Source: Raillietiella orientalis
Taxonomy: Eukaryota
NCBI GenBank assembly: GCA_036172245.1
Contig: JAYWIR010000012.1
Location: forward strand, 124,001 to 188,000
DNA: 64,000 bases
Reading direction: 5' to 3'
How positions within the stretch are numbered: position 1 is the first letter of the stretch; every line of letters begins with the position of its first letter. Under the pieces are notes generated by a model, which saw nothing but the letters and a program-made list of their open reading frames with translations, had not been told where the DNA came from and searched no databases. This document shows, one piece after another, positions 1-12,400 of this stretch. The position numbers and the translations under genes are program-made.

Positions 1-2280
1 GGCCTCACACTGTGGAACACTTCCTGAGATCTCCTTCCGAGCTTTACCCTCGCGCGTTGGGGCAGTGGGATCCCTTGAGCACGAAGCCAATTTCACGTCC
101 CACGCCTTTCCAGGAAAGCCGCGGTGGAGGCACGCCATCAGCTGGGAGCCGGATAGCGCAGCCCCAAGCAACTCCCGCTGACCTGGAAATCTGCTTTCTG
201 CGAGAGATGGCCACATCCCTCCTGGCTGGCGACTGCCTTTGCACCCTCCAGGGTGAGGTGGGAGCTATCCAATAGTCCATCCCCTATGAATTCCTTTTTT
301 TGGGGGGGGAGGGGGTTCTTTTCTTCGTGGACTCTCTCCACCCGCTTCTCTTTGTCCCTCCATCGCTCCGGCGTGGAAAACAAAATGGTGTCTCCGTCCG
401 TCCGACCTGAACTCCATGGGGAACGAGCTCTCCACCAGCTTGCTACCTTGCATAGGTGGCTCCTCTGCAGGAAGGAGACTACCAGAAGAGGATCCACTCA
501 ACATGCGCCAAGGCCGGTCCGAGTTTGCCGACGAGCTGGTCTGGCGTTTCGGCTGCTGCAGCACCTGGGGTGAAACGCCAAGACGGCGCAGGGGTCTTGT
601 AGTCGAAGGCCACCCTCCTGAAGTAGGTGAAGTCACAAAGTCAGGGGACGCATGCAGTCCGAAGGGTCGAGTTCGAATCTCTACAGAGACCTTCTGCCCG
701 AATACCCTGCTGCTGCTTCTGCCTCTGGGATTTCAAACCGGTGTGCGTGCGTAAGAAGCGAGGTCTGGAGGGCCACCAGACTTATCCATTGTAGTCGATA
801 GAGGCAGAAGACGCTGGAAATGGGCGAAGACCTCTCCCCCTCTCCCCCTCACCACCTTCCAAGTTCTCCTGGCGTTTCTACCTTTCCTCGGCGCGTGTTT
901 CACTCCTACGACGCACCAGGACTCGTTGGCAAACAAACGTTGCCACCCCTACCTGCCTAACGGGCAGCAGGACTGAGGCCTCGCTCTCTGTCTTCGAAGT
1001 ACACGGGGTTCGAACCCAAGCTCTGGGTCAAGATTGGTCACTGGCCAGCCAACCACAGGGCGGAAGTCGGTCAGGTCAGGTCTTCGTCATCCCGCACGCG
1101 AAGACGGGAATCAGCGTGAGCAGCAGCAGCTCTTCCTCCCAAGCAGAGCGCCCTTAAACGCGCAAAGGATCTGGCACATACTCTTTCGATCTCTCTCCGC
1201 GCGGTCAGTACGGTCAGGGTGAGCCCCACGGGCAAAGCGAGATGTTTCATCATCTCAGCGTGTCTCTATCCACAGAATCCCAGCCTTAGCATCTTGTTGC
1301 TGCCGCTTCCCGCGAGTGCCAGCTGATAGAGTTTTCCGGCTTTTTGCCGCGAAAGGACGCCTTCGTGTCGAGGGCATCTGCGTGCCTTAAGGTCACGATT
1401 CGCATCGTCTCGAAAGATCGCGCACCGTCACGGTTTTCGGGAAGTCCTACTCCGAACGGGATCAATCGCCATGGGTGCGGAGCATCGGGAACGTCCTCTG
1501 TGGTGCTCTCGGGAAGCTTCCACCGCGGATGCATCTATCCATGCCGGCTGTCGCGCGTTTGGCACGGATGGAGCACACATTCGGATCTTCGAGGAAGCAG
1601 AGGGCACGCTCCTCTTCGCCGACTTGCAGGAGCCCATGCTCCAGAGTAGTTGATCAACCGCCCAATCCTGGAAGCGCAGATCGGGGTCTTGAAGCCTCAA
1701 ATATCTGCAAAGTCAGCCCGCGAACCAGCAAGTCCTCACACCTCCTCAGTCTGGAGAACTCCTGCACCAGCCACTCAGTTCGTACGCGTCACCATAGGTG
1801 TCCCTAGCGCGCGGCGATGAATACCGTCGCTAACCTCCCGGAGAATGCCTCCATGCACCATGCAAAGCGACGGATTGCAAATATTCCCAGAGCTTGATTT
1901 CTGACCTGAAGGAGCAGACTTGGTCAAAATCGCTGATTTCGGTTCGTGAACCTTCGGAGTGCCGCAGAGTGAGAGCAGGATGGAGACGTGGAAAGCGAGA
2001 GCGAAATGCCTGTTGCTTACTGGGCAGAATCCCAATCCCGCTGACCACGTTTGCAGAGCAGAGATCCCATGACCTAGCTAAGCTCGAGTCCGATGCTCGG
2101 GAAAAAGATTTCTTCCAGAGATGCAGCACATTGGATGGTGGCTGTGAAGCAGCTTGAGATGGATTTTGGATTTCAAGCGTTCCCTTTCAGTGGCCGTGGT
2201 CCTTCAGCATGTGTGCTCCCTATTGAACTGGGAACTGGGAATACATAATTCAGATGATGAACACAGTTCTACGATACCGT

Positions 2281-2377
2281 TACAGCTGCACTCCCACAGA
2301 TTTGCAGTACTTCACCACAGCTGCAGATTTGCAGCATGCCATCACAATTGCACCCCTATAGATTTGCAGGGTGCCAT
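2281..2377. repeat. Degenerate short tandem repeat, about 3 units each containing AGATTTGCAG
   Basis: AGATTTGCAG at about 2298, 2325 and 2360, with shared flanks (CACAGCTGCA/CACAATTGCA, TGCCAT). About 270 bp upstream of the GPCR ATG. Confidence 0.6.
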
Positions 2378-2641
2378 GGCCGTTTTACGCAGGTGGGGAA
2401 CGGAAGGAGTAAAAGGCCAAATGCGAGGCGGAGCATTCGGTGTCGAGTGTTCTGACCGTGCCCCGTGACCGCTACGAACTTCCACCGCGGTTTGTCAGTC
2501 CGTGTTTCTTCCCCCGCTTTCCCATCAATACGTTCCCGGCAAGCGGGCTGCGTACTCGTCCGTACGCGTGCGAGCCGGGAAGCGGGAAAGTATTGCTAGT
2601 ATTCCCAATTTATCTCGAGAGTCAAGTGCTCCCGGAATTCG

Positions 2642-3400
2642 ATGGAACAATGTGCAAACGCCTGCATCCTCGACTTGCTTGAGGGAGGAGGCAACCGCAG
2701 TGAGCTGCCGGAAGAAGTCGGCGGTGGAAGCTCCGCGTACGAGATCACCAGTGTCGTTTACCACGTCCTCAGCGTGTGCATCATCCTGATCGGGATCGTG
2801 GGGAACGCGTCCAGCATCGCGGTGTTCTACAGAAACCACGTCAAGATCCAAACGTCTTCCTACTACTTGACGGCCCTGTCGTTTTCAGATCTGGGCTACC
2901 TGCTCAGCGTGGCCCTGGTGAACATGAAGGCCCTGGGCGTGGACCTCATGAGCGTGCAGGGGCTGTGTCAAGTCCTTCTGTACGTCAGCGCCAACTTCAG
3001 CTTCTTGAGCGTGTGGTTTGTCGTGGCCTTCACCGCCGAGCGGTTCATAGCGGTGCAGTTTCCTCTCCAAAGGAAGCTCCTGTGCAGCGCCGACAGGACT
3101 AAGCTGGTCATCAAGGTGCTGATGTCCCTGTCCTCCTTCCTGCACGTCTACCTGCTTGTCCTGTCCGGGGTCGTCACTGAAACAATCGAAGGGGAGGAAG
3201 GCCCCATCGTCTTCTGCGACATCCTGAGGAGCTACGAGTACGCCATGATGATCATCAACTACTTCGATTCCCTGCTGACCCTCTTCGTCCCCCTGCTGGT
3301 CATCACGGTGCTGAACGCAGCCACCGCTTACCGACTGATCTGGTTCCTCCGCAAGTACAGGGTGGCCAGGCAGAGCATGAGGCCGGTGCAGGGCAGCAAG
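2642..3400 (+). CDS. GPCR coding exon 1 (N-terminus, TM1-TM5, start of ICL3)
   Basis: ORF 2642..3442 has strong GC3 codon bias. Donor AAG|GTGAGT at 3400/3401, phase 0. Confidence 0.95.
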
Positions 3401-6400
3401 GTGAGTGAGGTCTTCGGCGTGGTCTTCAGTGGTCTTCAGTAACGTGAATGTGGTTGAGTGGCCTTTGGTGCCATCGCGGCGCGCTCAAGAAAGGGGCGGT
3501 GCGGTGTTCGCTCGGTCCTCTCCCTCCAGACCCCCGAGGGAGATCTCGGAGCTAAAATGCTGTTCTGCCGAGGCTCGCGCCGTAACGACCCGGGGAAGTC
3601 CAAGGGAACCCGCGACAGGTGGCGGCGCGGCTTCCGTCAGGGCGGGAACGTCGCGCACGCAATCAACCCTCGCAGAAAAGGGATATCGGATCTGGGCTAC
3701 CTGCTGACCCTCTTTGGATCGATCTGGCGGGCTGCCGGCAGTCCACAGGCCGCTCGCCGCCGCGGGCTCCTTCCGTAGAACATCGCGCAACTGACCACGA
3801 GGATCCCCGGCTTGCCTGGCTTCCGCCTGTCAGAGCGATTCGACCGGGGTGTGGGCACATGCGAAACGGACGCGCGTTCCGCCGACCTGCGAGCGTTAAG
3901 GATCCATCGCTGCCTCCGTGATGACCTCTCGAGGACGACCCTGAGACAAAACCGCCACGAAGAACGGGTGGATGAGGACTGCGAAGCCACCGCTGCTCTT
4001 CTTTCCGAAAGGAACCCGCAAAGGACCGCTCCTTCTTTGTTTCCTCTTCTGAGCGGTAGCAGCGCGCTTCTTACACTCTGGGGAGGCAGCTACCCGAGTC
4101 AGAGAAGGGGGCCCCCACGAGAATCGTCCCACTGGTTCCTGGAAGGACTCAGCAGGGTCGACTTCCAATCCCGGTCACTCATTTCCCGATTGCGCCAGTG
4201 CCGCATACGAAACCAATCGAGGGCGCCTAAGGTCATCTTGCGGGAGTGCCCCTAAACTCACGACGATGCACTGCCTCTCCTCCCTACTTATTTCTCTGCA
4301 TCGATCCTTCCCCGGGCGGGACTGAAACTCGCGATGCTTGGTGCCAAGAGCCGAGGCCGTGGCCACACGGGAGCCAGCTCAGGAGCGGTCTTTCTCGACA
4401 GCCTCCAGCTTGGATGAAGCGAAACGATGGAGAAAGGCTTTCGGAAGGCAGGCGACAGAAACGAATCGATTTCTGGGGGGAGCTCTAGAGGGATTTTTTC
4501 TCTCTCGCGAGGTCACTGGTCCCTGAGGCAATCTTTCGAAAACGAACAGGCAAGCAGGGAACGTGGTTCCCAAGGGAGAAGCGGCAAGTTTCGAGGGGAG
4601 GGTCCGCCGACACGCAGGTCGGCCGACCACTCTGACGAAAGTCCGGAAAGGGAAGGGGGGACGAAGAGGCGGTAAAGAAGCAGGAAAGAAGGGCGGGAGT
4701 TCTTTGGCTTCGGCCGTTTCTTCTTCGTAGAACCGGCGCAGGATGGCGGAGGTCTCCGCCTTGACCTCCCTCTTCCAGGCACTCGGGTCAGGCCACCTCG
4801 CAGTCGTCCTAAAGCCAGGCGGCCTCGACGCGGGTGACCTCTCGTCTCCAAGCTTGCATTCTGCAAGGCAGTGCCGGGCACGACGATGGCGCGGATGCAG
4901 CAGCAACACGAGACCGACCTTCTTTTTTTTTTGTTCCCAGTCCGAGCAGCGAAGGAGTCAATTTATTGATCGAACAAATTTTCACATACCAAGCTTTACA
5001 ATCATAAACTGAATTCACTTTCAGTTTTGCCAGGGCATTACTCGAGGCATTTCGCCTCTTACTGGAAGTCTCTCGTGTTTGTCCATGCACTTTGGACGGA
5101 GGGGGAAAAGAAGGGTCACTGTTGGACACTAGGATCTCTCTATTTTGGTCTTCTGGTTGGACCTTTACCGCCTTCAGCTTCTTCCGATCGCAGTTGAGCG
5201 TCGGGCAGATGAACACGTGAACATGGGTTTTCCGGTATTGGCAGGCTGCGCATAGCTCGTCGGTTGCCTCATTGGTCCAGTGCTTCTTCCTTGTTCAGCT
5301 CAGGGTTCCTCCATGATAGAACTTTAGGAGGTCATCCTGAGGGTCGGTGGGAAGTCGCTGCAAGGTTGGCATTTTTTCTCCTTCTGCCGAGTGCGCGCGT
5401 GACTGGCGCTGCCGAGGAACAAATAAATTTGCGAACTTTTGACCTGAGGGTGTCCTGTCGGTGGTCTCCTTCTTCGAGATTCGCTTGACCGTCCCCGTCT
5501 CTCACCCACCTGAGGGTTTTCGCTTGCTAAAACAACCTCAAGATGACGCTGGATGGCCTTGGAGACGCTTAAAGATCGGGTGTCCTTGCAGGCTAGCCTG
5601 GAATTAGGGGCAGGCCCTTCTGGGTCCCTCCAGAGGTCACGGAGCTACGGCGAGCTGATCACCCCTCCACCGAAACGTCCTCATAGATCGTGACCTGAAC
5701 GAATGGTAGAAGTTCCGAGGCGAGATCAACGCTTTCCTCAAAAGAAAGAAGGAAGGATCGGAGATTAATCAATTCTGGAGAATGGTTGACCTCTTCGTTC
5801 CAGTGCGATGCCATGGACGGGCCGAAGGGTTTCCGCTTCTTCCTCCTGCTCGGGAGTCCCTCGCACGGTAATCTGGCGTGACTGTCCTCTAAGCGGCGCG
5901 TAGGAACCAGGAAGCATTCTTGTCTGTTTGCGAACTTTCTGGTATGACGGAGTCATTGCTAGTCCGGCAGGTGCTCAGCCAAACAGAAGATCCTTCATGC
6001 GAGAGAAGCGCGCTCGACCTTCGTCGCACAGTAGTCTCGGACGAAAGCCACGACGAGTTTCAACTCCAGCCTGAAGCGCCTTGTAGGTCGTAAAGCAAAG
6101 CATCTTCTGGAGGGGAAAGGATGGAGGAAGGGAGGTTAGCACAATCGAATCTCCTTGACGACCAAGGATTATATCTTCTTGTGTATGACCGCTCTGCGTG
6201 GAGCACATGGTCGGCATTCCTTTCCTGGCATCGGCAGCAGCAGCTTTTCTTGTCAAGGATGCTAGGTGCTGCGAGATAACCGAAGGAAACCGAAGCCGTC
6301 ACGAAGCCATCCCACGGCACGTGAGAAGCGGAACGCTCGGTCTGCGCCTGCTGCCTTCCTCGAGGTACGGAAGATTGGGCGGCAGCTGCTTCAGTCCATG

Positions 6401-9400
6401 GGAATTCGGCACTTGCGGTGGAGGAGTGCGGCTTCGCCCACCGGAGGCTTTTCCTCCCACTCGCACCAGCACTCTGGCCTCAGGCGATGGGGGAGAGCGC
6501 GCGCGGGGGTAGCACCTGTCACGTGACCTCCTCCCTCCAGCGGAGCAGACTAACCCGTCCAGGAATTGGTCAGGAGCTGCGGATGCATCCTCCTCGACGG
6601 TGGAAATTCTTTCCGGTTTTTCCATCTTCGCTGCTTGCCTTCCAGCTTTTTTTCTTCCTTCTCTTTGGTCCGCCAAGTGCTGAAGAACCGCTCTCCTCCT
6701 TAGGGAGGGGAATTTTTTCCTCGTCCTCAAGAAGAGGAAACCGGCGAAAGGCCATTATTCTGCGAGAGTCTTCTTGTGGTCTTCAAGGCGTTTTCCACCC
6801 TTGGTTTTTAATCACCCTTCATCTGCCTCATCTTGGGCTGAGTTTCATTTTTGTGTTGAGAAATAGAATTGTCGTCAGGGTAATCTGAGGGTGATCGAAA
6901 TCCTTCTGGATTCTTTTCTGTTTCGCTGTTTTAATTGCTGTAGAACCGTTTGCCTTTTTAGAGGGATCGAAGAAAGCTCTTTGATAGTTCCTCGCCGCCA
7001 GGGGATGCGTATTACCCCTTTAATTTAGGAGGTATTTACCCCGAGAGGAGAACATCCTGAGAATCCAGGAAGGACGCCGGAGGAAGGAGTCCGTTCCTCT
7101 TGTGCTTGGTGGGGTGCCCTCGCTTTAGTTGTCTTCAAAGGGGACCCCCCTCTGTTTCTGCTCCAAAGGGAACCCGAAAAGGAACCGCTCCTTGTTTCCT
7201 CCTCTGAAGAGAAATCCGAAGGGACGTCTCCCAATTTCTCTGGAGGACTCTCCCCGAAGGAAGCAGAGCACTTCTGTAACACTCAGGAGAGATAGTCCCC
7301 CCGAGGCTCCATGGTACAAGACGAAGGTCCTCTCCGAAAAAAAGGATGGTTCCATTTTCACAATCGGAGGGAAACCCCAAAGATCTCTTTGATTCCTGGA
7401 AGAACCCCGGAAGCCAACTCCCAATCCCAGCGGTCAATTAACAGGGGCATCCGTTTTCCGGCTGCTTCCACCAGTGGCGCGTCCAAAGCCAAGCGAGGCC
7501 AACCAGAGCCATTCTGCGGGTGGGGGGACTCGAAACCTACGATTCACCCCCGCTCTCGGCTTTAGTCCTTTTCCGTGCGGGATTCGAACCCGCAACGCCT
7601 GGTGTCGCGTGCGGAGACCGCAGTCACGCGCCTGCAGATGCAGACCAGATGAGAGAATCGATCGAGAGTCCACTGATGCAGTCCGAGATACCTCATGGCT
7701 TGAGGCTGCTGCCTTCTCTTCGACCAAACGTCTTTCTCAGCGCGTTTCCCCAGCTTCATCTCGATAGGGTACGCATTTCTGCAGGTGGTCTGCCGGCCAC
7801 ACGAGAGACGTGAGGAAAGGGCTCGCGGTACGACCCAGGGTGTCCTCAGCGGAAACCGGAACCAGGTCGAGTGCAACACATGGGAACCTTGACTTTGCTA
7901 AGCGCCTCCTTCGAATGCACCACTTTCGAAAGAGCCTTTCCGTCGCCGATGCTCACCGAGAAGCATGCGGAAGACGAACGCTCCTCCCCAGTCTGAGTGA
8001 TTGGGGAGGATCCAGTCTCGCGGGCGTTGACGGCGGCGGCGGCGAAGGGGATTTGTGACGTGCGGATAAGCTTTCTGGACGTCCACATCAGTCGTGACTT
8101 TTTTAGCTTCACTCCGAGCGGAAAAAGCTTTTCTCTTTTTCGAGAAACTTCTTCTCTCCATCATCCGGGTGGGGAGAGCAGCAGTGGTCTCTTTCTTCAC
8201 CGCAGGGGCAGGTTTCCGCAGAAGAATGACACGGATGCCTCCTCGCTTGGAACAGGTGAATTCGTCTGGGCTCGCCTTCAAAGCAGTCGGCGTTGGTCTC
8301 GCGCTCTTTGTTTTTGAAAGTGAAAGCTGACAAAGCTGACCCTCAAAGAGCTGACGCCCTTTTATCTATGCTCTGGAAAATGAAAGACCGTTCTTTCCCT
8401 CACCGATGATGGTGAAGACGAAAGCTAGAAGCGTTTTTGCGAGCAGCGCAGCTCTTTAGGAGAAGGCATGACCGTGACAAATCCCTCTGCCCGAGTTCGC
8501 GGTCGAGGAATAGCTGGAGGAATCCTTCGAGAAGAGCCGCAAAAGACGCGGTAGCTTTCTCGACCAGACGGGCAATTCAAAGCACGAGGTCATTCGGAGT
8601 TTCTTCGTGTTCCTCTTCTGTGTGTACACCCTCTGGAGCTCTTTGCCAGCTGTAACCATTGTCGACCCTCTCCTTCTTCCTGCAGGCCACGAGCAACGGT
8701 GTCTCCGGTGCGTTCGCTCGCTGCAATCCCGAACAGGGCGGAGACTGGCTGCTTCCAGATCGGCTGCAGAGCGTGCCTGCCAATTGCAAGAAAAACGAGA
8801 AGGCGACCTCGGTTTGAAGACCTTGGATTTCTGGCCCAAATTTTCCGGAGAGAAACGGTAGACCCGGGGTGCTCCCTTAGAGCTCCAGAAAGTTCTGAAT
8901 AGCTGCGAGGATGAGCGAAAATATGTGGTTCCAACCACCTGGAGGATTCTTGAATTCCACAACCGGGAAGACGGGGTGCAGACTCGCAGAAGTGGCGGGA
9001 GGCTGCCAGATCAGCCAGACTGAGGAGCCGCCCGCGTGCATCGATTTTTCAGGAGCGAATTCACCGGAAGAGTTTCCGATTCTTTGGTAGCCTCAGAAAT
9101 TCCCTGTGACCAGAGGCTTTGCAGGGTCCTCATTTGCGACTTCAGCTGCTCCGGAAACTGGAACGAGCACTGGCATCTCACGTACGCCATTCCTGTTGCA
9201 AGAAGCATCGGATGCAGATTGAAATAAGCCGGGAGAAACGTACGCTCATAGCTGCAGACGCACCCACGCCGTCTCCGGGAAACAGCCTCTCACACCCTTC
9301 AAATCAGGATCTCCATCGGAATATCTGGACAAGGAGAGTCTGCACGATCGAAAGAGCGGATGGGAAATGAAAATCTCTAGAAGGATCTGCAGGAATGCCT

Positions 9401-12400
9401 ATTGTGAAGCTCATCATCTCTTGAAAGTGAGGATAGAAAAATGCCCCTTGGAAGACGTTCACAGCACCCGGTTCCCAGGCGGTTGCTCATCCAATTGCTG
9501 ACCACGTCCTGCACTGCCCAATTTTCACAACGACGGAGTGTTTTTGATCACCGTGGATGCCCTTGGGGAATGGTTCTGGAACTACTGGTTTGTGCTTGCG
9601 TTTATACGGTCATCTCGGAGAGACTCACTTGTTCTTTGAGTGCGCAGCTGTATAAAAACGATGTGGTCATGGAAGAGTGGGTAACGTTCCGTCAGCTTTC
9701 CAGGATTTCTCCCAAAATGCAAAGAAACTAGGGTCGGGAACCAACGTCCAGAGCTGCGGTGGCTCGCATGCGGTCTGTTGCGACAGAAAAGTTGCCACGG
9801 CTGGGATCGGCAGCGTTTAGTCTCGTGGCACGAGAATGGGGCAAGTCCGAACAAGACGAGCAGCACAAGTCATCAAAGATCATTTGAAATCATTGTCAGT
9901 ATCAGCACAACTCCCCACAAGTTGTGCTCTCTCTTCATTAACAAATTCTGAAGGACAGCATTCCATTTGTGTGAGTTTGGGAGATGTGATCGTCTTTCCT
10001 CAGAGAAGACAATTCTAAATTGCTTGTTCACGGTTTCTTGGCGCAGCAATTGTGTTGATGATTTGTGAAACAGCGCGTGTGTACATTGGCCCTCTTCCCC
10101 ACTGAAAAAACATCAAGCACCTAAGGAAAAATTCGAACCTGAAAATTATAAACGCTTGCATCCATAATTTCTTAAGGGAAGCAAACAAATTTTTTTTTTC
10201 TCTGCCGCATCTAAGAGTTCGCATGCATTTCTATGCAGGCAAACATTCACAAATACACGCATCCACGGATGTATTCGCATTTGTGTCGACGATTTCTTTC
10301 GTTCATTTCCACTTGCGCGCACCGGTTCGTCTCCCAAAGAACCGTCACGAAGGCCAACACCTCTGAAGCATCTTGTCATTCACAAGGTGACGGCGAGCAT
10401 CTGCCAGCGCATCCCCTTCGGAAGGATTCACACGCGTGGCAGAGGGAAAAGATCCATATTCTGATATTTGGGTCTGGTAACCCTGCTCTATTTTTCTGCA
10501 CAGGGAGCCGTCTGAGCGAGAAGAACGCTCCCGACTGCCTTGGAGACCCAACCTCCTGGGTGACAAGTTCTCAAAACTAATTACATCCTGACGCGTCCCG
10601 TTCTTGCAAGCAAGCTGCCCAGTCTCTAGTCCCGGTTCTTGCTGCTTCATCAACTGCTATCTGCCTCGTAACACTCATGTCTATCAAACCAAAGTCTCTC
10701 CCACTCTGGAAGTGTGAAAGATCATTTCGATCGTTCGAAAGGCACCAACTTGGGACTATCAGCAAGACTGCGATGGGGGAAGGCAAGGCACGGAAACTTC
10801 CAGAACACCTGCTTTCGTGAGGAAGAAGCCGCGAATGACGTCAAGCAACCAGAAGCTAGAATTTTCATCGCTACGTCGACACGGATGATGTCAGGGAGTG
10901 ACCGCCAAGCACAGGGGGACTCCGCGGATGCAGAGCAGGCAAAGAGACAGGATTCTATGGTCCTTTCTTCCGGAAGAACGAAGCTGCGAATTCGGGTTCC
11001 TGCCGTCTGGGTGGAACCAGGCGACGATCGCATTGGCGAATACTTTCGAGGGTCGGATTTTTTCCGGTGAGAAAGCGTGCGTCCCAGGAAGAGGCAAGCA
11101 AATTGTCTATCAGAATTTGCGCTTGTCGGGCCACGGAGCGTGTCGGAAGCTTCCGGACGATTTGAGGGAGCGCATGGGTGGTTGCCGAAACCCTGCTGCA
11201 GCCAATCGAGCTGATGAGAGATGAGGGAATCGCGAGGTGTCGGAGTAAAAGTGAATCCGGGAAACTGGGCGAGCTTGCCCGACTGAAGAAGGGGAGACCG
11301 AACTCGCATGTCGAGATCGCCACGGAAGGCGAGAAGTGGTCTCTCCCCTGTGACGGTGCCTAGCCTCGGCCTTCCAGGCCGAAGCTTCCAGGGGGAGCAT
11401 AATCGCTCCCCTCTGCGACGTGTCTCGCTTTCAAAATTCGAGAAGGCATCCGTCGGACTCCTGAGTCCTTCATCTCCGTGCGGCGCGGGCGACCCTTTCG
11501 GAGACTGGGACGAGCCTCTTCGCTACCAGGCTCCGTTTACGCACATCCGGCGCCCTGTCCACTGCGTGCACCTGCCGCGGCTGCGGGCAGCCAAATGCTC
11601 CACCGGTCAGGGATGGGGATTTTCATCACAGCTCGAATCTCTCTGATTCTCCTCCGTAATCGTCTCGTTTCGTGCTTTACGAAATGTAAACGTTCACAGA
11701 AGGCAACTTCTTTTTCCGTCTTTCCTTCACGCTTCTTAAACGCACACCCCTTGTGGCGACAACTGAAATGACAGTACCAGCGGATAGCAAAAGATACGAA
11801 TAACAGTGCGGTCCATATGCTCTAGGATTGAATTCCTTACGGCCGCACTAGTCATGCCGTGTACCGGCGCTGAGCGGGACCTGGTACCGCGTACCTTCCT
11901 TAAATGATATGCAAAGTGGTGTGACTGTACGCTCCGTCGATGTCAAGAGACGTTCCGCGGGCGCAGCTGTGTTCTTTCCTTTTTTGCCCTCTTGTCAAAG
12001 TTTCGAGATGGAAGGCGGTCGGTGGAAGACGACGGACGCAGCGGTCTCCCAGTGACGAAAGGAGCCGACGGTAACGTCGCCGCCCTTGCGAAAGTGCCCA
12101 AGGAGGAGACCGGCGCCTGACCTTTCGAATGACGATTGAATTGACCGAGAACTGTGGTTGCTACGCATCTCGCACGGAGGTCCAGAGGAAGGAGAACGCT
12201 GAGCGCGCGATCCGTTCCGCATGCCCTGTCACGAGAGAGCGAAGGGGCACGCGCGTTCGGAGCGCAGAGAAACGATATCTCGACGCTGGACCAGGCCCCG
12301 CACTCTCCTCCTCCTGACCATTTCCTAATTCCCGAAGATGCAACTGCGGCCGCAAGAGGCCCGATTCGACCCCATCGATGAGATTCCGATAGATGTGACA

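Noticed and set aside
2281..2377. Short repeats with variable spacers resembling a CRISPR array
   Set aside because: Eukaryotic context, only about 10 bp strictly conserved, spacers related to each other, and no cas genes. It is a decayed minisatellite.
3401..3442. Single-exon 266-aa GPCR as given by the ORF track
   Set aside because: It has only five TM helices. A consensus donor at 3401 and in-phase downstream exons supply TM6-TM7.
7572..7640. Functional tRNA gene
   Set aside because: Only the T-arm is intact. The acceptor, D and anticodon stems cannot be formed convincingly.
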